64,000 bases of DNA from Opitutaceae bacterium. GTDB lineage: Bacteria; Verrucomicrobiota; Verrucomicrobiia; Opitutales; Opitutaceae. This document shows, in pieces, positions 15,953-26,031 of this stretch (the stretch's first letter is position 1; every line of letters starts with the position of its first letter). Both the position numbers and the translations under genes were made by a program. The stretch covers positions 52,244 to 116,243 of the forward strand of contig JBEKWG010000004.1 of NCBI GenBank assembly GCA_049513315.1. Direction: 5' to 3'. The notes beneath the pieces were generated by a model. It saw only the letters and a program-made list of their open reading frames with translations. It had not been told where the DNA came from and did not search any database.

Positions 15953-18175
15953 CTATTGGGGACGGGGGGCTGTCTCGATCAGCGTCGTTGCCTCACGCAG
16001 GAGAATCCGGGCCAGGCCCCAGTCAAACCAGAAACCCTGCACAGGAGTACCGCGATCCGCCCAGCTTTTGTACTTGTTCTCGATGATCTCGCGGCCTCCA
16101 CCCAGTTCTGAATAGGCTTCGTCGACCCGGCCCAGTTGACGGCAAGACATGGCCAGGATCACGCGGGCGGTTGCGGTCCGTGGTGCATTGTACTCCGGAT
16201 AGGCCAGGCACCGTCTGCACCACTCCGCCGCCTTGGTGTAGTTGCCCCGGCGGTACTCAAACAACGCCAGGGAAACGGCCCGCCAGGCAGCCTTGAAAGC
16301 ATCGCCGTCGGCATCCGCCTCCGTGAGCGACTGTGCCGTGGCTTCCGCCACCGGGGCCAAAGCCTCGATGAGTCGCTTGTTCGCCGGCAGGAGCAGGCTG
16401 ATCTTGACGATGCGATCGGCGAACGGACAAGGCGTCGCGACAAAGCGGGCGATCGCCTCCTGACGGAAATGCTCATAGCCGTCCGTGTCGCCCAGCTCGA
16501 TGAGCGGCGGGCCGAGTTCCAGATAATCCAAGGTGGCAACATCCACGCCGTCGAGCTGGTTGATCCGCAGGAGCACCGCAAATCGGTCCGCCGCTTCCCT
16601 CCATCGGTTGTGGAGCGCGTGCCACTCGCCCAGCGCGCGGAACACGGCCGCGCCTTCCACCGTCGGCTGGGTGAGAGAGAGCTCCTTTAACAGATCATCC
16701 GCTCCATCGAACCGTTCCTGGCTCACCAGCAGTGCGGCCTGCGTGATCTTTTCCCTGACTTCCGCGTTGTGGCGCAGACGGGCCTCCTGTTGCTCGGCGG
16801 CCACGGCGCGGTGACGGGCTTCTCTCTCCTTGAGGAAGAGCCAGGTGGAAGTGCCCATGCCGATCACCAGCGCGGCGGCCACGGCGCCGGCGGCGGCAAA
16901 CACCACCCGGTTCCGGCGGGCCAGTTTCTGGAGCCGGTACATCCGGCTGGGCGGCCGGGCCATGACGGGTTCGTTGTTGAGATGGCGCTGGATGTCCAGC
17001 GCCAGGCCGTTGGCCGTTTCGTAACGCCGCGTGCGGTCCTTCTCCAACGCCTTCATCACGATCCAATCGAGGTCGCCGTGCAGCAAGGCGATGAGTCGGG
17101 CGGGCTCGGCCTGGCGGGATTCGGCGGTCCTGGCCAAGTCCGGCCGTTCGAGCGTGTTGAGCCGGATGGAGGGCCGGGGCGGTTCCCGCTCCCGCAGCGT
17201 CCGGCGCATCTCATCCAGACCTGAGCCAATGAGCGCCTTGGCATCGAACGGCGTCTTGCCCGTCAGCAATTCATAGAGCACCACGCCTAGGCTGTAGATG
17301 TCGCTGCGGGTGTCGGTATCCAGCCCGCTCATCTCCGCCTGCTCCGGACTCATATAGGCCGGCGTGCCGATCAACTGAGCATACGCCGTGAACAGCAGTT
17401 CATCCGTCAGTCGCGCTTCGGTCGCTTTCGAGATGCCGAAGTCGATGACTTTGGGCACCGGCACTCCATCCTGCACCGTGACCATGATGTTCGACGGCTT
17501 GATGTCTCCGTGAATGATGCCCTTTTGATGCGCATGCTGGATGGCATGGCAGATCTGGATGAACAGATCGAGGCGCTGACGGGTGTCGAGACGGTTCTGG
17601 TCGCAGTACTCCGTGATTTTCACCCCGCGGATGAGTTCCATGACGAAGTAAGGCGGTCCCCGCTCCGTGGCCCCGGCGTCGAACACCCGGGCGATATTGG
17701 GATGATCCATCATCGCCAGGGCCTGGCGTTCGGCCTCAAAGCGGCCGATGACGCTCTTGGTCTCCATGCCGAGCTTGATGATCTTCAGCGCCACCCGGCG
17801 ACGGACCGGCTCCTCCTGCTCGGCCATGTAGACCACACCCCAGCCACCCTCGCCGATCTTCTGTAGAAGCTTGTACCGGCCGATGCGGGTGCCGATCGGT
17901 TCTTCGCCAAGCAGACTGGCGCGGATTGCGCCAGCAGAGGCCGGCGTGCCCCGGGAGGATTGAAGGGAGAGCCCGGGAAAGCTCAGGGCTGAACCGCTCT
18001 CTGTGAAGAATCGCTCGGCGTCGGCCGCGGCCATCAGCAAGTCTTCAATCCTCGCGCGCAGGGCCGGATCCCCGGCACAGGCCCGATCAAGAAATGCCCC
18101 GCGCTCGGCCGATCCCGCCAGCTTCCGTGCGGCATCAAACAGGTCCTCTTCGCGTTGGGTTGCGGCGTTCATCAT
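15953..18175 (-). CDS. Membrane Ser/Thr protein kinase with extracytoplasmic TPR-like C-terminal domain (ECF-sigma-associated type)
   Basis: 740 aa. Kinase motifs: VALKII, HGDIKPSNIM, DFGISK, YMSPEQ. One transmembrane segment (VVFAAAGAVAAALVIGMGTSTWLFL). The helical-repeat C-terminal half carries TPR-like WREAADRF and YTKAAEWCRRCL. The N-terminal region EDLFDAARKL...RACAGDPALRARIEDLL is typical of the kinases found next to ECF sigma genes. Confidence 0.85.
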   Translation of the reverse strand: MMNAATQREEDLFDAARKLAGSAERGAFLDRACAGDPALRARIEDLLMAAADAERFFTESGSALSFPGLSLQSSRGTPASAGAIRASLLGEEPIGTRIGRYKLLQKIGEGGWGVVYMAEQEEPVRRRVALKIIKLGMETKSVIGRFEAERQALAMMDHPNIARVFDAGATERGPPYFVMELIRGVKITEYCDQNRLDTRQRLDLFIQICHAIQHAHQKGIIHGDIKPSNIMVTVQDGVPVPKVIDFGISKATEARLTDELLFTAYAQLIGTPAYMSPEQAEMSGLDTDTRSDIYSLGVVLYELLTGKTPFDAKALIGSGLDEMRRTLREREPPRPSIRLNTLERPDLARTAESRQAEPARLIALLHGDLDWIVMKALEKDRTRRYETANGLALDIQRHLNNEPVMARPPSRMYRLQKLARRNRVVFAAAGAVAAALVIGMGTSTWLFLKEREARHRAVAAEQQEARLRHNAEVREKITQAALLVSQERFDGADDLLKELSLTQPTVEGAAVFRALGEWHALHNRWREAADRFAVLLRINQLDGVDVATLDYLELGPPLIELGDTDGYEHFRQEAIARFVATPCPFADRIVKISLLLPANKRLIEALAPVAEATAQSLTEADADGDAFKAAWRAVSLALFEYRRGNYTKAAEWCRRCLAYPEYNAPRTATARVILAMSCRQLGRVDEAYSELGGGREIIENKYKSWADRGTPVQGFWFDWGLARILLREATTLIETAPRPQ

Positions 18176-18250
18176 TCAGCAGTCCGCTTCAATCATGCGC
18201 GCTTCGAGCGCGAAACCCGACACCGGAAGGCCAACTGGAGTGCGGGCGGA

Positions 18251-18808
18251 TCATTTTTGCGCGCGAATCATTTGAAACAGCCAGGCCTTGGCATAGGCCC
18301 AATGGCGCTCCACCGTGCGCTCGGTCACGCCTATGTTTTCCGCCACTTCCTGATTGGTATACCCGCCGAAGAACTTCAGCACGACCACCCGCGCCTTTTC
18401 CGGATCCTCTGCCTGCAGCTTCTCCAAGGCCTCGTCAATCAGGAGAATTTTCTCATCCGGGGTGGTCGCGGCCAGTTCGAGCTGATCGATGTCCAGCCGT
18501 ACCTGATGGCCGCCGCGCTTCAGGCGGAACTTTCGGCGCGCATTCTCGATCAGGATGCGCCGCATGGCCTCCGCCGCTGCTCCGAAAAAGTGGGCGCGGT
18601 TCTGCCACGTGCGGTCGCCGTTACCGACGATACGCAGCCAAGCTTCATGCACCAACGCCGTTGGCTGCAACGTCTGGCCGGCGGCCTCTTGCGCCATCCG
18701 CGCTGCCGCGTGTCGGCGCAATTCATCGTAAACGAGCGGCAATAACTTCTCGGAGGCACCGCTCTCGCCTCGCCCCATGGCCTGAAGTACCTGCGTGATC
18801 TCGGTCAT
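18251..18808 (-). CDS. ECF-type RNA polymerase sigma factor (kinase-associated group, ECF43-like)
   Basis: 185 aa. Region 2 is LLPLVYDELRRHAAARM...ALVHEAWLRI. The region 4 HTH is GYTNQEVAENIGVTERTVERHWAYAKAWL. It lies 75 nt upstream of the kinase gene on the same strand. Confidence 0.88.
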   Translation of the reverse strand: MTEITQVLQAMGRGESGASEKLLPLVYDELRRHAAARMAQEAAGQTLQPTALVHEAWLRIVGNGDRTWQNRAHFFGAAAEAMRRILIENARRKFRLKRGGHQVRLDIDQLELAATTPDEKILLIDEALEKLQAEDPEKARVVVLKFFGGYTNQEVAENIGVTERTVERHWAYAKAWLFQMIRAQK

Positions 18809-19032
18809 GAACTCGAACGGCTATGATACTCAATTGTGCGTCCCACCTATCTGCCTTCTCAGATTCAAAGGCAAACACGGACGCTTATCCCATCTGACAT
18901 ACTCTTGCAGGAAAAACCGATGCCGCGAGTTGGAGGGCCGAGAGCAAGGCGCCGGCCCAGACGATTCGAAGCGAGGTGGTTTTCATATATTCTGCTCGCG
19001 GCAGCCTCCCATCATGCCGGGCGTGCGTCCGG
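18809..19032 (-). promoter_or_regulatory. Intergenic region that should hold the promoter of the sigma-kinase(-TBDT) unit
   Basis: 224-nt non-coding gap between the GH97 stop and the sigma start, visibly AT-richer than its flanks. I could not identify convincing -35/-10 elements by eye. Confidence 0.3.
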
Positions 19033-20991
19033 TTACTCCAGTACGAGAACAAATCCGCCGTGCGGCGGGAGGGTGAGTTCCAGCTGCTGCCCGGAGGAAA
19101 GCTGCACCGGCACCTGGCGGAACGAGAGATTGCCGGCGTCTCCATCCGTGATGAGCGTGCCGGAGCCGCGAACGGCGAGTTCGTTCAGATTCAGCGCGAG
19201 TTTTTTCTCCGCCGCTTCGGCATTGATGCCGGCCACATACCAGCGGCCTTCGCCTTGGCGCGCCAAGACCGCGAACTTGCCCGGATAGCCGTCCAGGAAC
19301 TTCGTGTCGTCCCACACGCTCGGGACGTGCTTGAGAAAATCGCGCACGTAGTCGGGCGCCTTGGCCAGGCCCTCCGGGATCTCCGCGTAGTGCTGGATGC
19401 CCGAGGTGAACAACACCGCCAGCGCCAGCTCGAACGCGCTGGTCGTGCGGCGCTCGATCCGCGGGATTTGGTCCAGCACCATCGGCGTGAAATCCATCGG
19501 ATCGAAGACATTGCGCGTGAACGGCAGCATGGCCGCATGCGTGGCTTCCTGGTCGGCGTTGCGCTGCTCGAACGTCACATACTCGAGACCGCGGACCGCC
19601 TCCATCGTCATCAGGTGCGGATAGGTCCGCTCCCAGCCGCGCGGCAGCGTCGCGCCGTGGAAATTCATCAGGAAGCCGTACGGTGCCGCGTCCTCGAGGA
19701 GATCGAGGTAGTAGTCGATCATCGACTGTCCGTCGCCGCCAAAGAAATCGATTTTGAGCCCAGCCACACCCATCGCCTTCAGCCGCTCAAATTCCTTCAG
19801 ACGGCTTTCGTGCGTGAGCAGCATGTTGCGCGGCGTCTGTGGCGTCGTGTTCCAGTCGCCCGCCGAGTTGTACCACAACAGAATCCCCACGCCCTTGGCG
19901 CGGGCGTAGTCGACCAGTTCCCTGATCTTGTCGTAGCCGATCTGCGTGTCCCAGCCCGCGTCAATCAGCGTGTAGCGCCAGCCCATCGCCGCTGCATAGT
20001 CGATGAAGCGCTTCTGCACGTCGTAGGTCGTGTTGCCATCTTTCAGCAGCGGCCAGCTCCACGAGGCCTTGCCGGGCTGGATCGACGGGGCCGCCGGCTG
20101 CGCCGGCTGGTCGGCCAGATCGAGGCCAAGCGTGGACTCCGCCACCAGCTTGAGTTCGCCCACCACGACGATGCGCCAGGGCGTGAGCCACGGGAGTTTC
20201 GACTCGGGATTGACCGGGCCGCCCGAACGATTCTCCCGCGGGTCGGGAAAACCGACCGTATACTCCCCGTCGGGCGACTCGGAACGCAGCCGCGTGCCAC
20301 AATAGTTCCGCGACAGCGAGACCTCGCTCACGAGCAGCCAGGTGTCACCGGAGCGAAAGAGCGCCGGGTAGACCCAGCCGGCGCCGAACGTCGACGGCGT
20401 GCCGACCGGAATGTCCTTCTCGTAATACTCCTCGTAGGACGGACTGGCCTGGCACCAGCCGCTGTGGGCAACCGCAATGGGCTGCAGCCACGCCCGCGCG
20501 CCTGGCAGGAAGTGGAACGACGACACTTCCTCCTTCAACCGGAGCGTCACGGCATTCGTCTCGGGAAAACAGTAGCGAAACGCCACGCCGTCGTTGGAGA
20601 CCTGGAAGATGACGTCGAGCCTCTGCCCGGCGGCGGTCTGCAGGTGAAACTCCTTCCGGTTCGCGCGGTAGGTGTTCACGCGCCGCTTGGCGGTGAGAAT
20701 CTCGTAGCGGTCGCGCACTGGCGTCGTCGGGGACTGCCCCACCAGACGCAGATCCTGGGAAAAATCGGCATCTTCGCGCACGAGCCCAAGCCGGGATTCC
20801 TGCAGCACCGGCTGGCCGGCGAGGCGGATCGCATAACGCGGCGCGCCCGCGCCAGTGACGCGGAAGTCAACGACCAGCCGGCCGTCGGGACTGGCGACGC
20901 TGACCGGTTTCGCATCCGGCGCAGCGTTTCCCCCCGCGGCCAGCAGCGCCCCGGCGGGGAGAAGGAACCACACAAGGATCTTGAGATTCAT
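19033..20991 (-). CDS. GH97 glycoside hydrolase (alpha-glucosidase/alpha-galactosidase family), secreted
   Basis: 652 aa from the ATG at 20991 (MNLKILVWFLLPAGALLAAGGNAAPDA). Motifs: VSNDGVAFRY, IDAGWD, GLKIDFFGGDGQ, NFHGATLPRGWERTYPHLMTMEAVRGLE. Its start overlaps the upstream stop by 4 nt (ATGA at 20988-20991). Confidence 0.85.
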   Translation of the reverse strand: MNLKILVWFLLPAGALLAAGGNAAPDAKPVSVASPDGRLVVDFRVTGAGAPRYAIRLAGQPVLQESRLGLVREDADFSQDLRLVGQSPTTPVRDRYEILTAKRRVNTYRANRKEFHLQTAAGQRLDVIFQVSNDGVAFRYCFPETNAVTLRLKEEVSSFHFLPGARAWLQPIAVAHSGWCQASPSYEEYYEKDIPVGTPSTFGAGWVYPALFRSGDTWLLVSEVSLSRNYCGTRLRSESPDGEYTVGFPDPRENRSGGPVNPESKLPWLTPWRIVVVGELKLVAESTLGLDLADQPAQPAAPSIQPGKASWSWPLLKDGNTTYDVQKRFIDYAAAMGWRYTLIDAGWDTQIGYDKIRELVDYARAKGVGILLWYNSAGDWNTTPQTPRNMLLTHESRLKEFERLKAMGVAGLKIDFFGGDGQSMIDYYLDLLEDAAPYGFLMNFHGATLPRGWERTYPHLMTMEAVRGLEYVTFEQRNADQEATHAAMLPFTRNVFDPMDFTPMVLDQIPRIERRTTSAFELALAVLFTSGIQHYAEIPEGLAKAPDYVRDFLKHVPSVWDDTKFLDGYPGKFAVLARQGEGRWYVAGINAEAAEKKLALNLNELAVRGSGTLITDGDAGNLSFRQVPVQLSSGQQLELTLPPHGGFVLVLE

Positions 20992-22046
20992 GAGCGCGGA
21001 GGATCCATCGGCGGCAGCAGGTTGATGTACGTCGGCTGGTCGCGGTCGCAGGTGATCCTGCCGTCCGCGTATTTGAGTTCGACAACCTGGATCAGGCTGC
21101 GGCGCCGCTCGTGGCCATCCCTGGCGCCGACTTGAATCGTGCCCATGCGGCCGGGATGGAGAAAATAGAAGCAATAGGCACGGCCGCCGCTCACCACCAC
21201 GCCGGGGTGCCCGCCGTTCGCGCCGTCGTCCGGACCCTTGCCCGGCTTGTCCAGCAGGTTGTCCGCCTGCACGGTCCAGTGCAGCGCGTCGTCGGACCGG
21301 TAGACCCCCAGGCCTTTCCAGACGTCAATCAGCATCCAGTAGGATCCCTTCCACTGGAAAACGTACGGCCCCTCGCCCGGCCGCTCGCCGACGCCGGTGA
21401 CCTTGCCGCGGTCCGTCCACGTGGCGAGATCGGGGCTGTCGGCGTAGTAGATGGATTTATTGTCGCGCTCATTGTTGTACCACAGGCGCCAGGTGCCATC
21501 CGCGAGGCGGTGGACGCAGGGATCGATCACCCGGTCGGACGACAGCTTCAGCGTGGATTCGTATTTCCACTTCAACAGGTCGGCGCTCGTCAGATGGATG
21601 ATATCGCGCGGGTGCTGCCAGTCGGTGAAGATACCCGGGACGATGGTGAGAAACATGTGGTAGGTGCCGTCGTGCTCGATCACCTCAGGCGCCCAATAGG
21701 TGCAGTCCTTTTCGCCGTAGCCGATGTCCGCCGTGCCGCGGTAGGTCCACGTGGCGCCGCCGTCCGCCGATTCGGCGATGCCGATGGGCGTGCCGTGCAC
21801 CCACGTGACCTGTGTCACCAGATTGTCGGGCAGGTTGGCGCGCCGATCGGTGTAGAACATGAACCATTTTTTCTCGGTGCGGTTCCAGATGACCACCGGA
21901 TCGGCCGCGCCGTCGTAGACCGGGTCGCGGAAGAGCGGCTTCGCCGCTATCTTGCCGGGAGGCGGATTCTCGTCCGCCGCGGCGGACAACCACGGGGTGC
22001 AGAGCAACCCCAAAAGAATGATGCATTTCCAGTAAGCGGTTTTCAT
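20988..22046 (-). CDS. Five-bladed beta-propeller glycosidase (GH43/GH32-clan-like), secreted
   Basis: 352 aa with a signal peptide (MKTAYWKCIILLGLLCTPWLSAAAD). Motifs: DPVVIWNRTEKKWFMFYT, YWAPEVIEHDGTYHMFLT, IDPCVHRLADGTWRLWY, GEGPYVF. The exact family is not resolved. Confidence 0.6.
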   Translation of the reverse strand: MKTAYWKCIILLGLLCTPWLSAAADENPPPGKIAAKPLFRDPVYDGAADPVVIWNRTEKKWFMFYTDRRANLPDNLVTQVTWVHGTPIGIAESADGGATWTYRGTADIGYGEKDCTYWAPEVIEHDGTYHMFLTIVPGIFTDWQHPRDIIHLTSADLLKWKYESTLKLSSDRVIDPCVHRLADGTWRLWYNNERDNKSIYYADSPDLATWTDRGKVTGVGERPGEGPYVFQWKGSYWMLIDVWKGLGVYRSDDALHWTVQADNLLDKPGKGPDDGANGGHPGVVVSGGRAYCFYFLHPGRMGTIQVGARDGHERRRSLIQVVELKYADGRITCDRDQPTYINLLPPMDPPRS

Positions 22047-22089
22047 GGGATATACTGCCCAGAGGCTGGTAACGGCCGTATCCGCGGGT

Positions 22090-23103
22090 TCACTTGGATT
22101 TCAGGACCAGCGTGTCGCCGGTGTCCTCGAGTTCGAAGAGACGGGCCCGTTCGCGGGGGAAATCGTTGGGCTGGTGGAGGACGAGCATGAGCTGTCCGTC
22201 AAAGCGCCGGAAGATCATGCCGTGGCCTCCATCCTCACCGAACAGCGGCTCGGCTTTCTGCTCCCACGGCCCGGCGAGCCGGCCCGAAGGCGAGACGGCG
22301 ATGCCCGTGGTGTAGCCGTGCACGCCGCCGCTGGACCAGATCATGAAAAGCTTGCTGCTCTTGCTGCGGAAAAGATACGGGCCATCCGTGACGTGACAGC
22401 CCCACTGCTTTGATTTGATGCTCCACGGCGTGTCGCTGCCGTCGAACAGCTTGGTCGGCTCGCCCACGACGTCCGACAGATCATCCTTGAGCCGGATGAA
22501 TTCGACCGTGCCGTCCTTGATCTGCACCCATTCGTGGCAGAACACCATGTAGGGCACGCCGTCCTCGATCCACAGCGTGCCGTCGAGCGTCATCATGTCG
22601 GCGGGCAGATGCGCGCGGTTCTGGAAGGGCTGGAACGGGCCGAGCGGCGAGTCGGCCACCAGCACCTGCGAACCGCGCTTCACACGCGGCAGCCAGTTGC
22701 GCCACTGCTCGGGGAACTTGTCGTCGGTATTGAACGTGGTGAAGAGGTAGTACTTCCCCTGGTAGGCGTGCACCTCCGGCGCCCAGATGCCGCGCTGCGC
22801 CCAAAAGTCGGTGGGCGTCTCGAAGACCACGTACGGGCCCTCCCAGCTCTCCAGGTCGCGGCTCTTGTACGCGATCACCGCCGGCCGGCCGGCAGGGCCG
22901 CGCCGGTACGAGTTGTACAGATAGTAGGTCTGCGTCGGCGCATCGGGTAGGATGAAGACATCGCGCAACCGCACGTCGGCGAGCTTGACGCTGTGGACCG
23001 GCGGCAGGCCCGGCGCCGGTGCACCCGGCGCTGGGGCGGTCTGCGCGCGGGCGGTCCAGGCGCCGGCCAGCATCCCGCCAAGGACGAAACGCAGCAGCTT
23101 CAT
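22090..23103 (-). CDS. GH43 family glycosidase, secreted
   Basis: 337 aa from the ATG at 23103 (MKLLRFVLGGMLAGAWTARAQ). Motifs: LRDVFILPD, IWAPEVHAYQGKYYLFTT, MTLDGTLWIEDGVPYMVF, VTDGPYLF. Confidence 0.75.
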   Translation of the reverse strand: MKLLRFVLGGMLAGAWTARAQTAPAPGAPAPGLPPVHSVKLADVRLRDVFILPDAPTQTYYLYNSYRRGPAGRPAVIAYKSRDLESWEGPYVVFETPTDFWAQRGIWAPEVHAYQGKYYLFTTFNTDDKFPEQWRNWLPRVKRGSQVLVADSPLGPFQPFQNRAHLPADMMTLDGTLWIEDGVPYMVFCHEWVQIKDGTVEFIRLKDDLSDVVGEPTKLFDGSDTPWSIKSKQWGCHVTDGPYLFRSKSSKLFMIWSSGGVHGYTTGIAVSPSGRLAGPWEQKAEPLFGEDGGHGMIFRRFDGQLMLVLHQPNDFPRERARLFELEDTGDTLVLKSK

Positions 23104-23113
23104 GCGGAGGCGC

Positions 23114-24688
<1,575 letters not shown>

Positions 24689-24723
24689 GGAAATCCAGAG
24701 TGAGTGCAAAATGGTTCGTCCGT

Positions 24724-26025
24724 TCAAGTTTCCTTCAGCGCGCGGTCGGCGGGCGAGTCCGCGCCCGACCAGATCCGGCGCTGCGTCCAATCGGCGGGCG
24801 GGTCGCGCCAGAAGGGGTGCGAGGCCGGCAGGCCCAGCGGATGAAACACCAACGTGCAGAGATAAAGGCTGCCCGTGCTGATGTAGGGCTCGGCGAGCGA
24901 CGGTTGATGTCCCGCCAATCCGGCCCGCAGCCATCCGCTCGCATCAAAGGTGCCGGCCGGCTCGAGCGTCCGACGGATCACCGCGGTCAGGGCGCCCCGG
25001 GCCTGGGCGGGAGCGACTTCCGGCGGCAGCGCCCCACGCCACGCCTGGTGCGCCAGATGGTGGAACGCGCCCGCCCGGTACGCCATCGAGCGCCCCAGTG
25101 CCGGGAAGGATCCGTCCGGCGCGATAAGCCGCTCCTGGATCGCCGCGTAGCGCACGCCGCGGGCGGTCACCCGTGCCAGATGGGACTGCCAGCGACCCGT
25201 GACCGGCTGCAGAGCCGTCAACACCGTGACCAAAAACGGTTGGATGACGTAGCTGTTGTAGTAATCCCAGTGGAAATCATTCCCGTCGCCGTACGCGCCA
25301 TCGCCCTTGTACCACGATTCGTGGGCGGACAGCGCCCGCTCGACCGGTTCCGCCTGCCACTCCGCGCCAGCCGACGCGAGAAACGCCTCAATCATGGCCG
25401 GGAACAACAGCCAGTTATTGGGACCCGGTTGAATCTGCCGGGTGGCACGCAGGGCGGCGATCACGCGTGTCTTCACCTCCGGCGGCAAGGGACGCCACAG
25501 CGTCTGCGGGGCCAGAACAAGCCCGTAGGCAAGGAAGGCAGCGTCAACCAGCGGTTGCCCCCCTCGGGTGAAGTTCAACGCATCGGGCGAAGCCGGGGCT
25601 GTGGCGTGGTCCAACCCGCGGCGCACGAGATCGCCGAGCCTCGCCCCCAATGCCGCCTCCTCGCCGGGTTTCTCAGGCAGTTCGATCCACGGAGCCAGAC
25701 CCGCCACCGTTCGTCCGAACGCCTCCAGGTGCGCGTAGTCCGTCCGCGGCCGGTCCGCAGGGGCCGCCGGAGCCTCGACCGGCATGCGGGCTCGCAGCGT
25801 CTGTGCGGCCAGATTCTCGAGCACCGGTTCGCAGACGCGCCGCATCATCCCGAGCCAGTACGCGCGATCATCCTGCCCTGCAGCCGCCGGGCCCGCTCCC
25901 GGATCGGGCGCCGCGGCGGAGGCCGGGCCGGCCAAAGCCGCCAGCAACCCGCCCGCCACGGCGCGCCGAATGAAATCGCGCCGGTCGGTTATATCCGCGG
26001 TAGGGGTCGTGTGCGGGTTCACCAC
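24724..26025 (-). CDS. DUF2264-like protein with twin-arginine (Tat) signal; function unknown
   Basis: 433 aa. The start codon at 26025 is GTG, and there is no in-frame ATG before the Tat motif. The motif is [46 protein letters not shown] matches my recollection of the DUF2264 core. It is wedged between GH39 (6-nt gap) and GH51 (35-nt gap). Confidence 0.6.
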   Translation of the reverse strand: MVNPHTTPTADITDRRDFIRRAVAGGLLAALAGPASAAAPDPGAGPAAAGQDDRAYWLGMMRRVCEPVLENLAAQTLRARMPVEAPAAPADRPRTDYAHLEAFGRTVAGLAPWIELPEKPGEEAALGARLGDLVRRGLDHATAPASPDALNFTRGGQPLVDAAFLAYGLVLAPQTLWRPLPPEVKTRVIAALRATRQIQPGPNNWLLFPAMIEAFLASAGAEWQAEPVERALSAHESWYKGDGAYGDGNDFHWDYYNSYVIQPFLVTVLTALQPVTGRWQSHLARVTARGVRYAAIQERLIAPDGSFPALGRSMAYRAGAFHHLAHQAWRGALPPEVAPAQARGALTAVIRRTLEPAGTFDASGWLRAGLAGHQPSLAEPYISTGSLYLCTLVFHPLGLPASHPFWRDPPADWTQRRIWSGADSPADRALKET

Positions 26026-26031
26026 GGGATT

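Noticed and set aside
18976-21135. 719-aa plus-strand ORF
   Set aside because: It is antisense to the GH97 gene and the 3' end of the adjacent beta-propeller gene. Arg-rich shadow-ORF composition, no domain signature.
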